A stretch of DNA of 63,112 nucleotides, the filler included, from Atractiella rhizophila (Eukaryota), in the NCBI GenBank assembly GCA_021432655.1. It is 6 parts of 6 records of this genome, joined end to end, with 100 filler letters (N's around TTAATTAATTAA, not from the genome) between each part and the next. Parts side by side here need not be neighbours in the genome. Positions count along the whole stretch, not along the records: positions 38,182 to 46,681 come from MU271982.1; positions 46,782 to 60,064 come from MU271983.1; 4 more parts are not named here. The stretch is one strand, 5' to 3'. The notes under the pieces are model-generated. The model did not search any database, was not told where the DNA came from, and was given only the letters and a program-made list of their open reading frames with translations. Below, one piece after another: positions 38,182 through 54,523 of the stretch. The position numbers and the translations under genes are program-made. Numbering within the stretch: position 1 is the first letter of the stretch; each line of letters starts with the position of its first letter.

Positions 38182-40385
38182 CGTACTAGAGTTATCCAAA
38201 TCCCGACGGACATATTCCTGCCAGTCCTCCTCAAACATGTCTTCCTCGAACTCTGTCACGCGCACATCAGCGATTTGAATTCACCAATGATTGATAATTA
38301 GCCCACCTCGAAGACCCATGTTTGGCAGGACAATCTTTTCGCAAAACGTCTTCAGTGTGCTTTCAGCCTCCAAGTTCGCACGCTGACTCGGCATCCGAAC
38401 CACTGTCGATAGAAACCGGATGGCTTTAGAAACAAACTGTACGACACGATGCAGATTAGCAGATTCTCCCAGGTGTGATAAAGAGGGATGGGGAGAAACA
38501 GCTTACAACGTCCTCATTGGGGCTCATGCTAACTGGCGCTACACCTTCTCCACCAGTGAGTAACGCTAAGACAGATCCCACAAAAGTCATGAGATGACTG
38601 AAAACGTCCAGGTACCTCTGAGTGTACAGTTCTGCAATTTCACAGATAGCAGATCGAATCTGTGACTGCAAAGGCGGTGCAGGATCCTCTGGCTGAAATC
38701 GTTCCTCAATCAGATTTCAAAGGAAACAAGTGTGAGGGACGTACGTCTCCAACGATGGCAGGATGGCTCCAACGGAGATATTTATCGAGAAGACTCATGA
38801 AAAGGTCCATATTGTCCTCAAAAAACTCTGGTAAATCCTATTCACAGCTACTCGTCACACTTGAGAACTTCTTCATGAAGAGCTTCAAAGGCTCACCTGG
38901 CAGTTAAGGTCGTAGAAAATCTGCAACAGCAACGTTAACGTGTTGGATAGGACCGGAATCTGAGCCGGAGGCGTCGATGGATCCGAGAGGCGAGTGTCCA
39001 CTGCCTGTCAAGATAGCGTTAGTGTGAGCAAACACTAACAGGGATGTGAGAAGAGATATTACCTTGAAGACTTCGAGATAAGGCGGACAGAATTTCTCCA
39101 AAACGAATTTAATCTCGAGGAACAGCTTATCTGTGCGAAACTGAGAACGCCATCTACATTAACATTTTCAGCATCCCCATCCTGCACAAGGCGCCGAGCT
39201 CACCGGCGGAATATGGAGTGTGCAAGTGAGAGCACAGCATTAGTTTGTTCGAAAGAAGTGGGAGACAAAGCCGCCGTAAGTTGCTGTACACGATGAGGTT
39301 ATGACGGGCTTTTCAGGAAGAAAGAGTCTCACATCTGGAAGCGTCATCCACTTTTCGGGAAAGTCGTACTGAGCAATGCGGGCGACTGCTTCCGCGACTT
39401 GGGATTGAAGCGATGGTTGATCGCCAAGCGAGATCATGATCTGTACAAGCTGCTGCTTGATCGTATCTTTCGTTTGTTCTTGCAAGGCGGGGATGTTGGA
39501 TGAGGTGGAGACTTCATCGTCAGCCTGAAGCAATAGGTGTTAGTAGGTGAGCCAGTGTAAATTCGTCGGTACGCGTGTTGATCCAGCTCAAAAAAGAGGG
39601 TTATCATATTGGGTGAGGCTGTTGCCGCCAAAAGAGAAGAAAAGCAAATAATAGCAGACGGATCTCTCTGAAAAGATTGTATTTAACAAATCTGCGAGGC
39701 GCAAACACCATTGATGTAGAGGTGGAGCCTCCAACGTCTTTTATTTGCGCTATTGCGTAGAATAGAATAGGCTGGATCTGCTCCTCCGCCCCAACTTGAC
39801 ACAGGTAGAGTACAACCCAGGGAACAGTTGCTGGATGATCGTTGTGGCACACGCGATAAAACGGAGAAGAAAGAGATAATGAGCCAAGACGTGCGCCAAA
39901 CAGATCGCACCAAGCTTTGCGGGTTGATCAACACTCTTCATCATCTGCATAGAAAGAGTGGGAGCAAAATGTCATGGCAAGCATCATGCCATTGATCCAC
40001 TTCCAACGCGTTCCTCCATCGTCCTCCACCTCTCCCAACAATCGACAACCTCTTCATCTTCAGCATACCGCTTCCCACTCCGTGGAATCCACATCACACA
40101 ACCCCACGCGTCTTCTGCAAACCGCAACAAAAACGAGACAAAAAACAAACTCACACCCCACCAACCCGCGCACCCATTCTTCCAATAAACCGCCGCCGCA
40201 GTCCTGACGCTCCTATCCACGCCCCCATCCGTTACGAGGCCGATGAGGACGCCAGGGAAGACGTCGACGTTTCCTGGTGCGGCGCGCAGCTGGGAGAGCG
40301 CGGTTTCGGCTGCTTGGCGGACGGGGCGGGAGGGGGAGAGGGAGGCGAGGAGGTGGGTGGAGAGCAGTTGAGGCGTGAGAGACAT
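38182..40385 (-). CDS. CSE1: Exportin-2 / importin-alpha re-exporter Cse1 (3' end truncated by spacer)
   Basis: IBN_N domain (SLSPSRPVRQAAETAL...VRTAAAVYWKN), IAQYDFPEKW, WRSQFRTDKLFLEIKFVLEKF, PEFFEDN, ICEIAELYTQRY. Confidence 0.92.
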
Positions 40386-40610
40386 GGCGATTGACGGTGG
40401 TGGTGATCGTCGTCTGTGCGAAGGTCGCGTTTTGGTGATTGTTTGTGATTCTGGAGCAATGAAATGTAAGTGAAAGATGTGTGAAAGAAGAAGGAGATTT
40501 CACGAATAGTTACGCGTCTCCAAATCTCACAGCAACTTTGAACGACTAACTCTTCTCATTCCATTGTCCAGCACCAGCATATCCTCAACACGCTCCACAC
40601 GAAGCATAAC

Positions 40611-43600
40611 ATGTCGCCACCAGCGCTGACCTCTTCCCTCGGCCTTCTCTCTCTCCTCGACGAACCAACGCCAACACTCGTCACCCACGCGCTCACGACG
40701 CTCTCCACCGTCGTCGACCTCTTCTGGTTCGAGATCTCCAACTCCCTCTCACGCGTAAGCGAAGCCATTTCCTCCCTCCTAACCACATGTCCTTGTGGAG
40801 TTCCTGCTGACTGGAGTGGTTGGTGGACAGTTGGAAATCATATACGAGAGCAGCCCGTCAGAAAAAGACCGTCGCCTCGCTGCTACCATCCTCTCCCGCG
40901 TACATTGGCACCTGGGGAACCAGACGGAGGCGCTTGAGTTCGCACTGGGGGCTGGAGAGGAGATTTGGGGGTTTGGAAAGGCAAAGTTTCAGAGTGGAGG
41001 TGACGAATGGGTCGAGGCTGTCGTCGGTGCGTTCTTCCTTTTTCCTTTCCATTACCTCTCTTTTCTATTGTTGGAGAGAGAGAGGGTTTGATGAGTGTTG
41101 TTCTGAGAGAGAATTTGAATCCTTGCCTAGGGTACATCTGCCAGAAGGAAATGATAGCCAGGAAGTTGTCTGGCAATATTTCTCCCTTAAAGTTTCGAGA
41201 GGAAATTGGGAGAGAAACACTCTGTCCTTCCACTTGCCCGTTGGTCAGAGATGCTGCGGCAGCAGGATAGACTCTTTGGCTGTTGAAGACGCACGTCATG
41301 AAGCTACTCCATCGTCTGTGAGACTCCAGGAGTTGTGAGACTTCGATGACAAAGATGCTTTGTCCCGAGTCAATTGGTGTTTTTCTTCTTTTCTTTCTAA
41401 GCAAGCGAGAATAGATACAATCCACTATTCTTTCTGCTTTACCTGTCGATGGAGGATGGACAAGGACGTTTTGCCATCGTCCTCACCAGAAGGTGTGCCT
41501 GTCAGCGTCTAAATTCTCATGGTCAGGGGAAGATGTCGTTCCAGAGGTGACGGAAAAGGACCCTTGAAGGATGCTGTTACAAATTTTAACCCCAGTCAAG
41601 CTGGGAGACAAATCTCACCTCGAGTTTCCTGTGTGCACTATGGTGATGGTCTATAAAGCTGCTTTGTGCTTTTCTCGGTTGACGATGTCTACGTCTGACG
41701 TCGTGAACTTTTACAGTCACCATTAAATGCAATGCATACCACAAGCAATTGTGCATTGCATCTTTGACCTCCCTTCTCTCTATGCCGAAGAAAGGCTAAT
41801 GTATCCCTCCAGCTACCTGTATCGACCAATATATCTCCATCCGCAATGCCAAAGAACCGCCTAAAGAAGAGGATACCCGGCTGCTGAACATTATCGAGAC
41901 CATCTTTCAGACCTGCTTAGACGACGGGGAGTACAAACAGGCGATCGGCCTCGCTCTGGATTCGAAGCGGCTGGATGTCTTACAGAAAGCTTTCAAACTT
42001 TCCAAGGATTCTAGTTTGCTGGAGTACGTCCTCGACGCCATAGCTATGGGAGGAGAAGGGGGAGGTAAGAGAGAAGCGGAGTGGAGAGAACAGGTACGCA
42101 TTTCTTTCTTTATTGCTAGCAGTAATAGCGGACTCGTGGTTAGGTCTTGAACCTTTTGATTTCGCTTTTCTCGACCCTCGCGACTCCGGATTATTTTTCC
42201 ATCACTCGTTGCTTCGTCCTCCTATCAGCCAGCGGATCCTCCTCTCAGCTTCTGCTCAAGCTCTTGTCCTCCCCAACTCCTTCGGACGTCCTCATGGCTT
42301 ATCAAATAGCGTTCGACCTCTCGTCCACAGGGTCACAAGACTTTATCGCTGATATCCGCACCTCTCTCACCTCCGAATCGTCCTACTCAGCTGATCCAGA
42401 AGACATGGAACGAGTAATGAAGATTCTGACTGGTGAAGTGTCGACACGATTTCAACTCGAGTTCCTGGTCCGAAATAACAAGGCGGACTTGCTGATATTG
42501 AAGAATATCAAAGAATCGTTAGAACTGCGCAACTCGGTTTACCACTCTGCCATGTCGTTCGCGAACGCCTTTGCTCATTCCGGAACGACATCAGATCAGT
42601 TCCTGAGAGAGAATCTGGACTGGCTCGCCCGTGCGTCGAACTGGTCAAAGTTCACCGCTACCACCGCTTTGGGGGTCATTCATCGAGGAAATCTCCAAGG
42701 CGCGATGAGCGTCCTTCGACCGTACCTTCCATCTGCAGACGGAAGCGCACCTGGTGGTTCAGGTGGGTCGGAGTATAGCGAAGGAGGCGCCTGTTTCGCT
42801 CTCGGACTCGTCCACGCCAATCATCCAGAAGCTGAAGTCACCGGATTCCTACTTCGCGTCCTCCGTTCTTTTGGCGCTTCACCAACGATTCAACATGGTG
42901 CCGCACTTGGACTCGGGGTTGCACACCTCTCTTCGGGATCGTGGGAGGTCTACGAAGATCTTAAAGTCGTCCTTTTCTCTGATGACGCAGTGGCTGGTGA
43001 AGCTGCAGGATATGCGATGGGATTGGTCATGTTAGGAAAAGGCGGAGTGAAAGGTGAAGATGGTGAAGAAGGAAAGGTGGTGAACGAGATGTTGGGTTAT
43101 GCTCGTGAAACTCAGCATGAGAAGATCATTCGAGGTTTGGCTATGGGGCTGGCAATGGTCTGGTACGGAAAGAGAGAGGAGGCAGAAGGCATGATCGAAA
43201 CCTTGTTAGGAGAGAAGGTACGTCACTCTGTGGTTCGTTATAACTATTGCTTGACCAAGTATGGCAGGATCCTATTTTGCGGTATGGAGGCGTCTGGACC
43301 GTGGCATTGGCTTATGCTGGGACCGGGGACAACGGCGCTATCAAGCGACTCCTTCATGTCGCTGTCTCGGATGTTAACGACGATGTGCGGCGAGCGGCTG
43401 TTACTAGCTTGGGGTTCCTGCTATTTAGGAATCCGTCGCAGGTGAGCTGCCTACAGAGTGACCCTGACCGGAGCTGACATTATACCTCAGGTACCACGAG
43501 TGGTACAGCTGCTCAGCGAGAGCTACAATCCTCATGTCCGATATGGTGCCAGCTTAGCTCTGGGTATTGCTTGCGCTGGGACTGGATTAGAGGTGAGCTT

Positions 43601-44866
43601 AACGTCTGTACGGCGCTGCTGTTGCTGACCATGAATGGGATGGGATGAACAGGACGCCATTTCTCTCCTCCTCCCAATGACTAAGGATCCAGTCGATTAC
43701 GTTCGTCAAGGAGCATGTATCGCTCTTTCCATGATCCTCATTCAACGCAACGAGACTCTTCCCAGCTACGTTACTGCACGGGCAACCTTCACCAAAATCA
43801 TCAAGGACAAGCATGAAGATCCGATGGCTAAATTCGGTGCAGCTATCTCCCAAGGCTTGATTGATGCTGGCGGACGGAATGTCACTATTTCGCTGCAGAG
43901 CAAAACCGGAAGTTTGAACATGCAAGCCGTCGTAGGAATGGCAATGTTCTGCCAGTTTTGGTATTGGTTCCCACTGGGACATATGATCAGCTTGGCATTC
44001 TCCCCGACAGCCATCATTGGTGTTGACCGTCATCTCAAGGCAAGCTAACCATGTTCTTGATATCGACATCTAGTAATTCTTGGTTTAGGTGCCCAAGTTT
44101 GAGGTTACGTCGAACATCAAGCCTTCAGCATTCGCATATCCTGTTCCAACGAAGCCACCCACTAAGGAGGCTGTAGAGAAGGTTGCGACTGCTGTTCTTT
44201 CAACGACAGCCAAAGCACAGGCAAGGGCGAAAGCGAAGGAGAAGGAGAAAGAGAAGGATTCAATGGATACGGTATGTTTCTTACCCCTGCCACAAGCCTC
44301 CTCTCATGTCCATTTCTACATAGGATGAGAAGGAGATGAAGATCTCTACGGACAAAGACGATGCCATGAAAGTTGATGAGCCGGAGTCAAACGAAAAGGA
44401 CAAGGAATTTGAAGAGACGAAGGGCAAGAAAGCTGCAGAACCTTCATATGAGAGCCTACAGAATTTGTCTCGAGTAACACCAGGACAAGTTCCACATATT
44501 CGCTTCTCCATCTCCTCTCGCTTTGTACCAGTCCAAGCCAGCCTCTCCAATATTCGACCGGCATCCTCCTCTGACTCCCTTCACCCAGAAAAATCTACTC
44601 TTCTCCAAAAACGGAGTGGGGCGGATGCCCAATATTACACAGTTAGGAGCGCAGGAATCTTGGTGGTTCGCGATGAGAAGCCAGACGAACCGATCGAATT
44701 TATCGATTTCCAAACTGCTGCTGCCCCACCCGCTGCCAATCAAGATCAAGCTATGGATGGTGTTCAAGGCGGACCACCTGGTAGAGACGACGTGGATGAT
44801 ACAAGGCATTTGCAAGGAGACATAGCCGAGATGCCTGAGCCATTTGAATACGATTTTGGCAACTAG
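40611..44866 (+). CDS. RPN2: 26S proteasome regulatory subunit Rpn2
   Basis: [41 protein letters not shown] repeats, [19 protein letters not shown]-terminal [10 protein letters not shown]. Includes a 786-nt intron (41027-41812) and a GC-AG intron (44040-44088). Confidence 0.97.
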
Positions 44867-44995
44867 ACGGATAGTGTAATCAAAAGTAATTTTCACATTC
44901 CCAGACATGCTACATGAGAACATCCGTGATAATGAGCTAAGTGAACAACGTGTAAATGCCACGCAATCCGAAACAATGCCTGCAGCTTGGAAAAG

Positions 44996-46681
44996 CTAGT
45001 CCTCCCTCGGTCTCTTCTTCCCTCTTTCCTGCTTCGCAGCCTTCTTCAACTCGCTCTTCTTCTTCTCCAATCTCTCCTTCTTGACCTTCTCTTTCCCTTC
45101 CGTAAATTTCAGCTTTCTGTACAACCTCTTCTTCTGTTTCCCCTCTAGCAAACCTTCGGCCTGTTTTCTCTGCTCTTCCTTATCTGCTTCTTCTTGAGCC
45201 TTCCGCTTCGCTTTTTGGTCTTTCTCCAGCTTCCGCTTCTTCGACGGGTTCCCATGTGCCGCCTCAGCATATTTTGAGTATGAGAGGCCTTTCCGCTCAG
45301 CAGCGAGTTCAGCCGCGCGTCCACCCAGATCTTCATCTGCATCCTCAGGTAACGACCGTTTCTTGCCTTTCTTCGTCGCTTTCGGCTGCTCCACATCACC
45401 CTCTGACGACTCTGCTTGCTCCCCATCTTCTGCGTCACCCAGTTCCATCCCTTCCCGTTCCTCAGCATCTTCTTCGTCTTCACTTTCGCTAAGTTCCTCT
45501 TCCCGACGACTCTCCCCTATCTCCTTCAATGCCTCCTCGGGCACATACGCTCCCCTCTTCCTCTCTGCTTCTGTATCCACCCATGGACTAAGATGGGAAG
45601 GCAGCTCCGCTCCAGGGGCATACATCTCCGTAGGGAGCACAGTGGCTCTATTTACACTATCCGCGACCCATTGAGGCTGGACATAAGCTACCTTCGCATC
45701 CTTCAGGCTAGGGGGAGGAGTGAAGTTGGGGCGGTCCACGACATAGTGTGTAATGGACGGGGGTGGGGTAGGATTTGAGGAAGGGAGGAGGACACGACCC
45801 GAGAAGGCGCGAATGAGGAAAGAAAGGACGGGGAGGGGCACCGATCGGTCGAGGTAGAAGGTATACTGGGAGAAGAGGTTGGTATTCGCTTCGCTCGGAG
45901 GTGGTGGTTCGTTCGCTTCTCCTTCCTTCCCTTCGGCAGGAGGTAAGGGGAAATCAACTGCTACCGCTTCCTTCTCCGATCCCCCTTCAGCTGCCCCACC
46001 TGTGCGGTCAACCTCCACTGGCACAGCTGCATCACCTTTATGTGCCTCCGTCACTTCCTTGATGCCTCGATTCACATCCCCAGATTTCACCTTTACGACC
46101 TCCCCCTTTTCCCCTAACTGAAGTAAAAGCTTCTCTTTTTCCTCCAACTGCACAATCTCGCTCCCTCCCAACACACCACCATCCTTCTCCATGTCCACCT
46201 TTGGCGGATAAATGAGATTGACGTCGTTGTACAGCTTGTAGAGCGAGAAGCCGAGGAGGGTTTGATAGAATTCAAGAAAGGTGGCCATTATGCGAAAATC
46301 AATATCTGATGGAATCTACGCCCATCATACGTGGACTCGTTCAGCTCTAGCAATATCTAAGAAGACAAGGAAGGTACGAACATTCTGCACAAATCCCCAA
46401 GGCTCGCACCATACCACTCGTCCCTCCTTCTTGTTCTGCACTCCTTCATTGCCCACCGGCACGACTTCAACCTCCCACCAAACACCTTTGATCCCAAAAA
46501 ACACCTTCCTCAATCGCTTTTCCCTCACAGCCCAAGCTTTAAACTCTTGCACAAGTCTCAAGCTCTCCGCACTACTAGTGCTTCCAATCGGATGGGGTGG
46601 GGGCCATGGTGCGCTGTAAAGCTCCCCTTTCTGCCCTTCCCGTAAGGCCTTGTTCCGCGCTTAAACTGCCTATGGTCACGT
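44996..46681 (-). CDS. NOP7: Pescadillo/Nop7 ribosome biogenesis protein (5' end truncated by spacer)
   Basis: LRKVFFGIKGVWWEVEV, DFRIMATFLEFYQTLLGFSLYKLY, BRCT (THYVVDRP...YVQPQWVADSVN...PGAELPSHLSPW), and an acidic then basic tail. Confidence 0.93.
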
Positions 46682-46781
46682 NNNNNNNNNNNNNNNNNNN
46701 NNNNNNNNNNNNNNNNNNNNNNNNNTTAATTAATTAANNNNNNNNNNNNNNNNNNNNNNNNNNNNNNNNNNNNNNNNNNNN

Positions 46782-47310
46782 AACATATTGCCCAGCGCGA
46801 TTGAGCACAGGTCCATAGATCGTCTTCACGCTCGTTTCTACGAGTCCCGCACCATACTATCCAGATCCACAATCAATCCTTATCTCAAACACACACGGCA
46901 GGGAAACCCACTTTGACGACTCGATTGCTGTTCTTCCCAACCTCATAAGCCCTCAACGCCCCCGACACGACCGACATTTTCCCCACCCTCTCCAAGAACC
47001 TCACATCCTCCTTCCCACGGTCTGAATACGGCACGGTGATCCCCGTTCCCTCGCTGAATCGATCATCCTCCTCCAACGTATTCCCGCTCGTGCTCGCAAC
47101 AGTCGAACTCTCCAAACTCCCCGACTCGTCCCTATACCTATGCGCGTTGCGCATGTGATCCAACGCGGAAACAGCTATCCGCACATCCTCAGATTCAGAA
47201 TCAATCGACCCGAAAGTGCTCGGGTCTGCAGGGTCGAGGTCTGGGGGAGCTGGGACGGGATTCAAGAGGCTGGCCAGGCTGGAAGGTCCTGCTCGGGGTT
47301 GGGAGTCCAT
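46782..47310 (-). CDS. Opi1-family transcriptional regulator (5' part only)
   Basis: SESEDVRIAVSALDHMR and FLERVGKMSVVSGALRAYEVGKNSNRVVK, then after an intron GAGLVETSVKTIYGPV, resembling the Opi1 N-terminal region. Confidence 0.78.
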
Positions 47311-47894
47311 AGCCAGTTTTAAACGCTTTTGAGATAACTGCTCGAGGGGAGATGGTGGTTCGTCAACTCGATGCAAGATTGTTGGGGCTTTCACGTTCAA
47401 TTCACGTGCAACCTGAAATCAAATTATGGTTGGTGCCATTCCCTTCTTGGCATTGAATGAAGCGCAAACATCAACAATCGACTTTGTAAAACGGGTCCGT
47501 GGACCATAATACGGGACGCGGGACCGCGAGATCTTTTTCCCTGACTTGTTTGTTTTGTTGAGACAAGGACCGACCCTACCCCTAAGTTAGAAATGTTCGA
47601 GGTTCTTCAATCGGTGCCGGGAAGCGGTCGGAATCAGCTACTGCCCATAGTGCGGAACCGAAACTACATCAATAAAACTTAGGTTCCTGGCCGACTGAGC
47701 AAAAAAAGTGAGGTCGCATCCGCTATATCTAGTTAACAACTGGGGAATAGAATTACTACACCCGAGTCTCTAAGGTACATTCAGGCTCAGTCTGGGTTAT
47801 CAGTCATCAATCATGAGATACAAGTTCCAGCGTAAGTGAATAATAAGCAAAAATGATGCGAATCCCTTCCGTCGCAACAGGAACACAACAGCCA

Positions 47895-51112
<3,218 letters not shown>

Positions 51113-52586
51113 CTCTCACTAGATCTCACTTCTCGTTCTGAGGTTTGCTTCGTCGTTGTTTCCTTCTGTTGCTGATTGATGCACGGGTTGGCTGTGACTC
51201 GCCTTCATCATCGCGCATCAACGGAAGCTCATCGGATTTTGTCACACTCCAACAAACTTCGAACTGCTTTCCTTGCCAAAACATGTCTAGATTCCTGTAT
51301 CGTGAGCATCCATTTCTTACCTGACGTATGCTGGTTCTGATGGCAGGTGCAGTCCCCAACAACGTCATCGCGAAACAGCGAGCCATTCAGGTTGGTGTCC
51401 CCGACGTTGTTAGAGTGGAAAGTGATGAGTATATTTCAACAGGCTGGGACGCAGCCTATGTACTTGAGGATGCCATATGACAAGTACATTATGCGTATGT
51501 CTTTCTTCTTCGTTTTACGAGGGTTGTAGTGGTAAGACGAGAACAGGTGGTGTTTGGTTCACCATGACCGTCTCAACCTTTTTCACTGGCGTCGGCCTCT
51601 ACCGAATGATCACGGTGCCCTTCTCTCTTCTCTGTCCCTCATTCCGCGCTGAGAAAAACAATGTTCAGGGCCAGAAACCAACACCGAAGTCGGAGTAAAG
51701 ACCTGCAAAATATTCGATTGAAATTCACTGCATCAGCTGACACCATCCCGCATTCATTCCACAGTCTCGTAAACAGGAGCCTTGAGATGGTCAATTACTG
51801 ATTGCCGTATGAAAACGGTTTTGCGTCGATAGAAGCCCTGAGTGGGTCCCTCTCAAAGCCCCGGCGCTCCAACGCCAAGTCTTTGAAGGGAATTCGACGT
51901 TCATATTGGTCCCAAACTAAATATTATTTCTGAACTTAGCAGCAAGCCCCGGTAATCTGTTGTGATTTTGTTCCCAAGATTGGGACCTCATTGGTGTCAG
52001 AGTCACACCAGCATATTCATCTTTTCCGCATCGACCCCACAATAGTTATTGTATGCACTCAAGACGCTCTGTGCTCTTCGGTATCCAGAGATTTATAATG
52101 ACAAGCGCAGCTACCAATGAATCAAAATCCAACACACCCGGCCGTTCTTTGTCACTACCCTTATCCTTCCTGCTCGCCCGCACCGTGGTAGAGCGCTCAA
52201 GGCGAGCTGCCCTCCGCGAACGGCATTTCCATTTTGCTGAATGTGGACATTTTAAAAGAACCAGACTCAGTACATTCTTGCTCTTTCGTTGACTAGTATG
52301 AGAAATAACAGAGACGAGCACAGAAGTATGTGTTGAGGGCGATGATTGTGGAAACTGAATACAAAGGATTGCCTGCAAATCTCGAAATGACGCTTAAAAA
52401 ATAAGATAACTCTGCTCTACTTCCAATTGTGATAAATCCGCATCCACAAATTGTGGGAACTGAAAACTTGAATGCTAATTAATCCAGAGAAGCTTTAAAA
52501 TCATGAAACTGAATGGCTACGACTGTGGAAACCTTTCATTATAAAACTGAACGAATGTGAGTGACTTCGAGTATAATCGGTTCTGA

Positions 52587-54523
52587 TCAGCGGAGACCAG
52601 TTGAGCGAGCTCGCCTTTCATAGTTATGGACCATGACGGTGTCGGGATACGCTGGCTCTACCACTTGCTCGAAATCATCAATGAACCTAGACAGATCTTC
52701 CGTAGCTTTAGATACGGTCGCGAGTCTGATCTTAAACATTGTGTTGAGCTCTTCGTCTGAAAGGTAGTTCTGGCTGCCAATGGTAGGTTCGAGAAAATCA
52801 GTGTTGAATATATACCATAGCCTCACTTCGCGGCTCAGGTATCGTCGGACAAGAATGAAAGCTTTGTCCAGATCCTTGATGACGGCGTCAATGACATGCC
52901 TCGAAGGATGTTGTGGCAGGTGTCGCCTCGTCGGCCAGTCATTATCGCATACGAGTTTGAGTGGAAAGGCAGATTGCGTGGTAAGCTGCAAACCAACTAA
53001 TACCCGGGGTAAGGAAAAGTAAGAACAAAAAAAAAACAACCTTTGGAAAAACCCTCCGCCGCCAACAACCGAAAAAGTTGAACACGAGGAGGTAACATGG
53101 ATGCACTGATTGACGACGAGCTGTCGATAGATGACGAGGAAGCAGAGTCCCGTAAAAGGCCCATTGTCAAATATCGCATCCCCTCGAACCAGATGGACTC
53201 GGCCCAAATAAGAACTTGTCGAAGAGACTCCATATCGCCTGCGAAGCTGTCGGTACTTCGGACAAAACCAGAGCGATTGATTCCATCTTGTTGAATCAAT
53301 TCAGTTAAAAAAATGGCCCATTTCTGACGGAAGTGCCTGTAAACGGAGAGAGCTGTGAGGAATGAATATCGCATGCCGTGAAGGATCAAATGCAGCTCAG
53401 ACGGTAGCGTCTCCCAGCGCTTCTGCATTTGGTCATTGAACCACTCGAGTGCTTGAAGAATGAAGTCGAGGAGGTAGAGCAAGGTCGGCATGATCTCTCC
53501 TAACTCATGAACATCATCCGGTTCTTCGCAAACAAGTGTAAGTCTTAGCGGTGTGATCTAACCTCTCGTTGAAAAGAGCTTATGAGTATACTTGGGGCTT
53601 ACCTCGTTCTGCGGCACTGTAGACTGTCAGCCAACTGTTCGCTACAGAAGCAATCTACTTACGACGAAATACTGGAATAGGCTGGAATACGTCTCTTCGG
53701 AACTGAGAAACTGCGCCAGGGAACCTGTACTCACTTAGCCTCTCATAACTCTGCTGACAGTCTGCCCAGTTGTCTGAAAATGCGTCAAGCTGTGTCTGAG
53801 TGAGCTGCACGATGTTTGACCCAATGTGGTGAAAATTCGTCTGAACCGTCGACCAGAATACATAGCAAGAAGCAAATAACGATTGAAGTTGCTTGAAAAT
53901 TCGAAAGAGCTGTCCTATCCCTCCTCCTAGTCTCTTCAGTTTCCTATGTAACGTAGCTGTATATAAAACGCACCGATCCTACGAAAACGAGAATCCATAC
54001 GTCGATAGAAGAATGCGTTGCGTACTCTTTGGAGTCGACGCTTCTCAGATTCATCAGAACAGGTCATCTTGATGGCACTCCCGACTTCGTTCAACTTTTG
54101 TAGGATAAGGTCACAAAGAGCAAGTTGTGATTTAATATTCGTAAAACGAAAACGCGTCACTATAGTCCATTCATCGGAAGTGTCCTTGTTCCATTCTGCA
54201 GGGGCGAGGTTTGCTAAAGAGTCGGTCAATTTGTCGGCGTCCATAAAACACCATCCGAAACATTGAGAGAGCAGAAGTAATAGATAGCGCAAGTCGAACA
54301 TGAGTTGAGCAGTTGACCCCAGAGAGACACAAAACACGCTGTGTAAGCCAGAATCAACATTGTCCAGTGTTTCAACCAACTCGAAGAAGATGTTTTCAAT
54401 CGATTTGAGTAGGTTTGCATGCTTCTCGACCAGGCGTGGTGAAAACACTGAGGTCAGGACAGGTATTACTGGAACCAACATTTCCAGAAATGACGCAGAA
54501 GGACAGACCCGAAGATCGGACAA
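52587..54523 (-). CDS. Hypothetical multi-exon protein, function unknown
   Basis: Chain of same-strand ORFs (53936-54523, 52997-53491, 52587-53207) with intron-like gaps. No family recognised; boundaries uncertain. Confidence 0.4.

Noticed and set aside
39590..41600. Telomerase RNA template, snR30/U17 or RNase P/MRP identity for the long introns
   Set aside because: Only partial matches (TAACCCTC, TAACCCCAG, TTTCCTG/ATACCAC). The required motifs UAACCCUAA, AUUCC plus AAACCAU-ACA, and CR-I/CR-V are not present.
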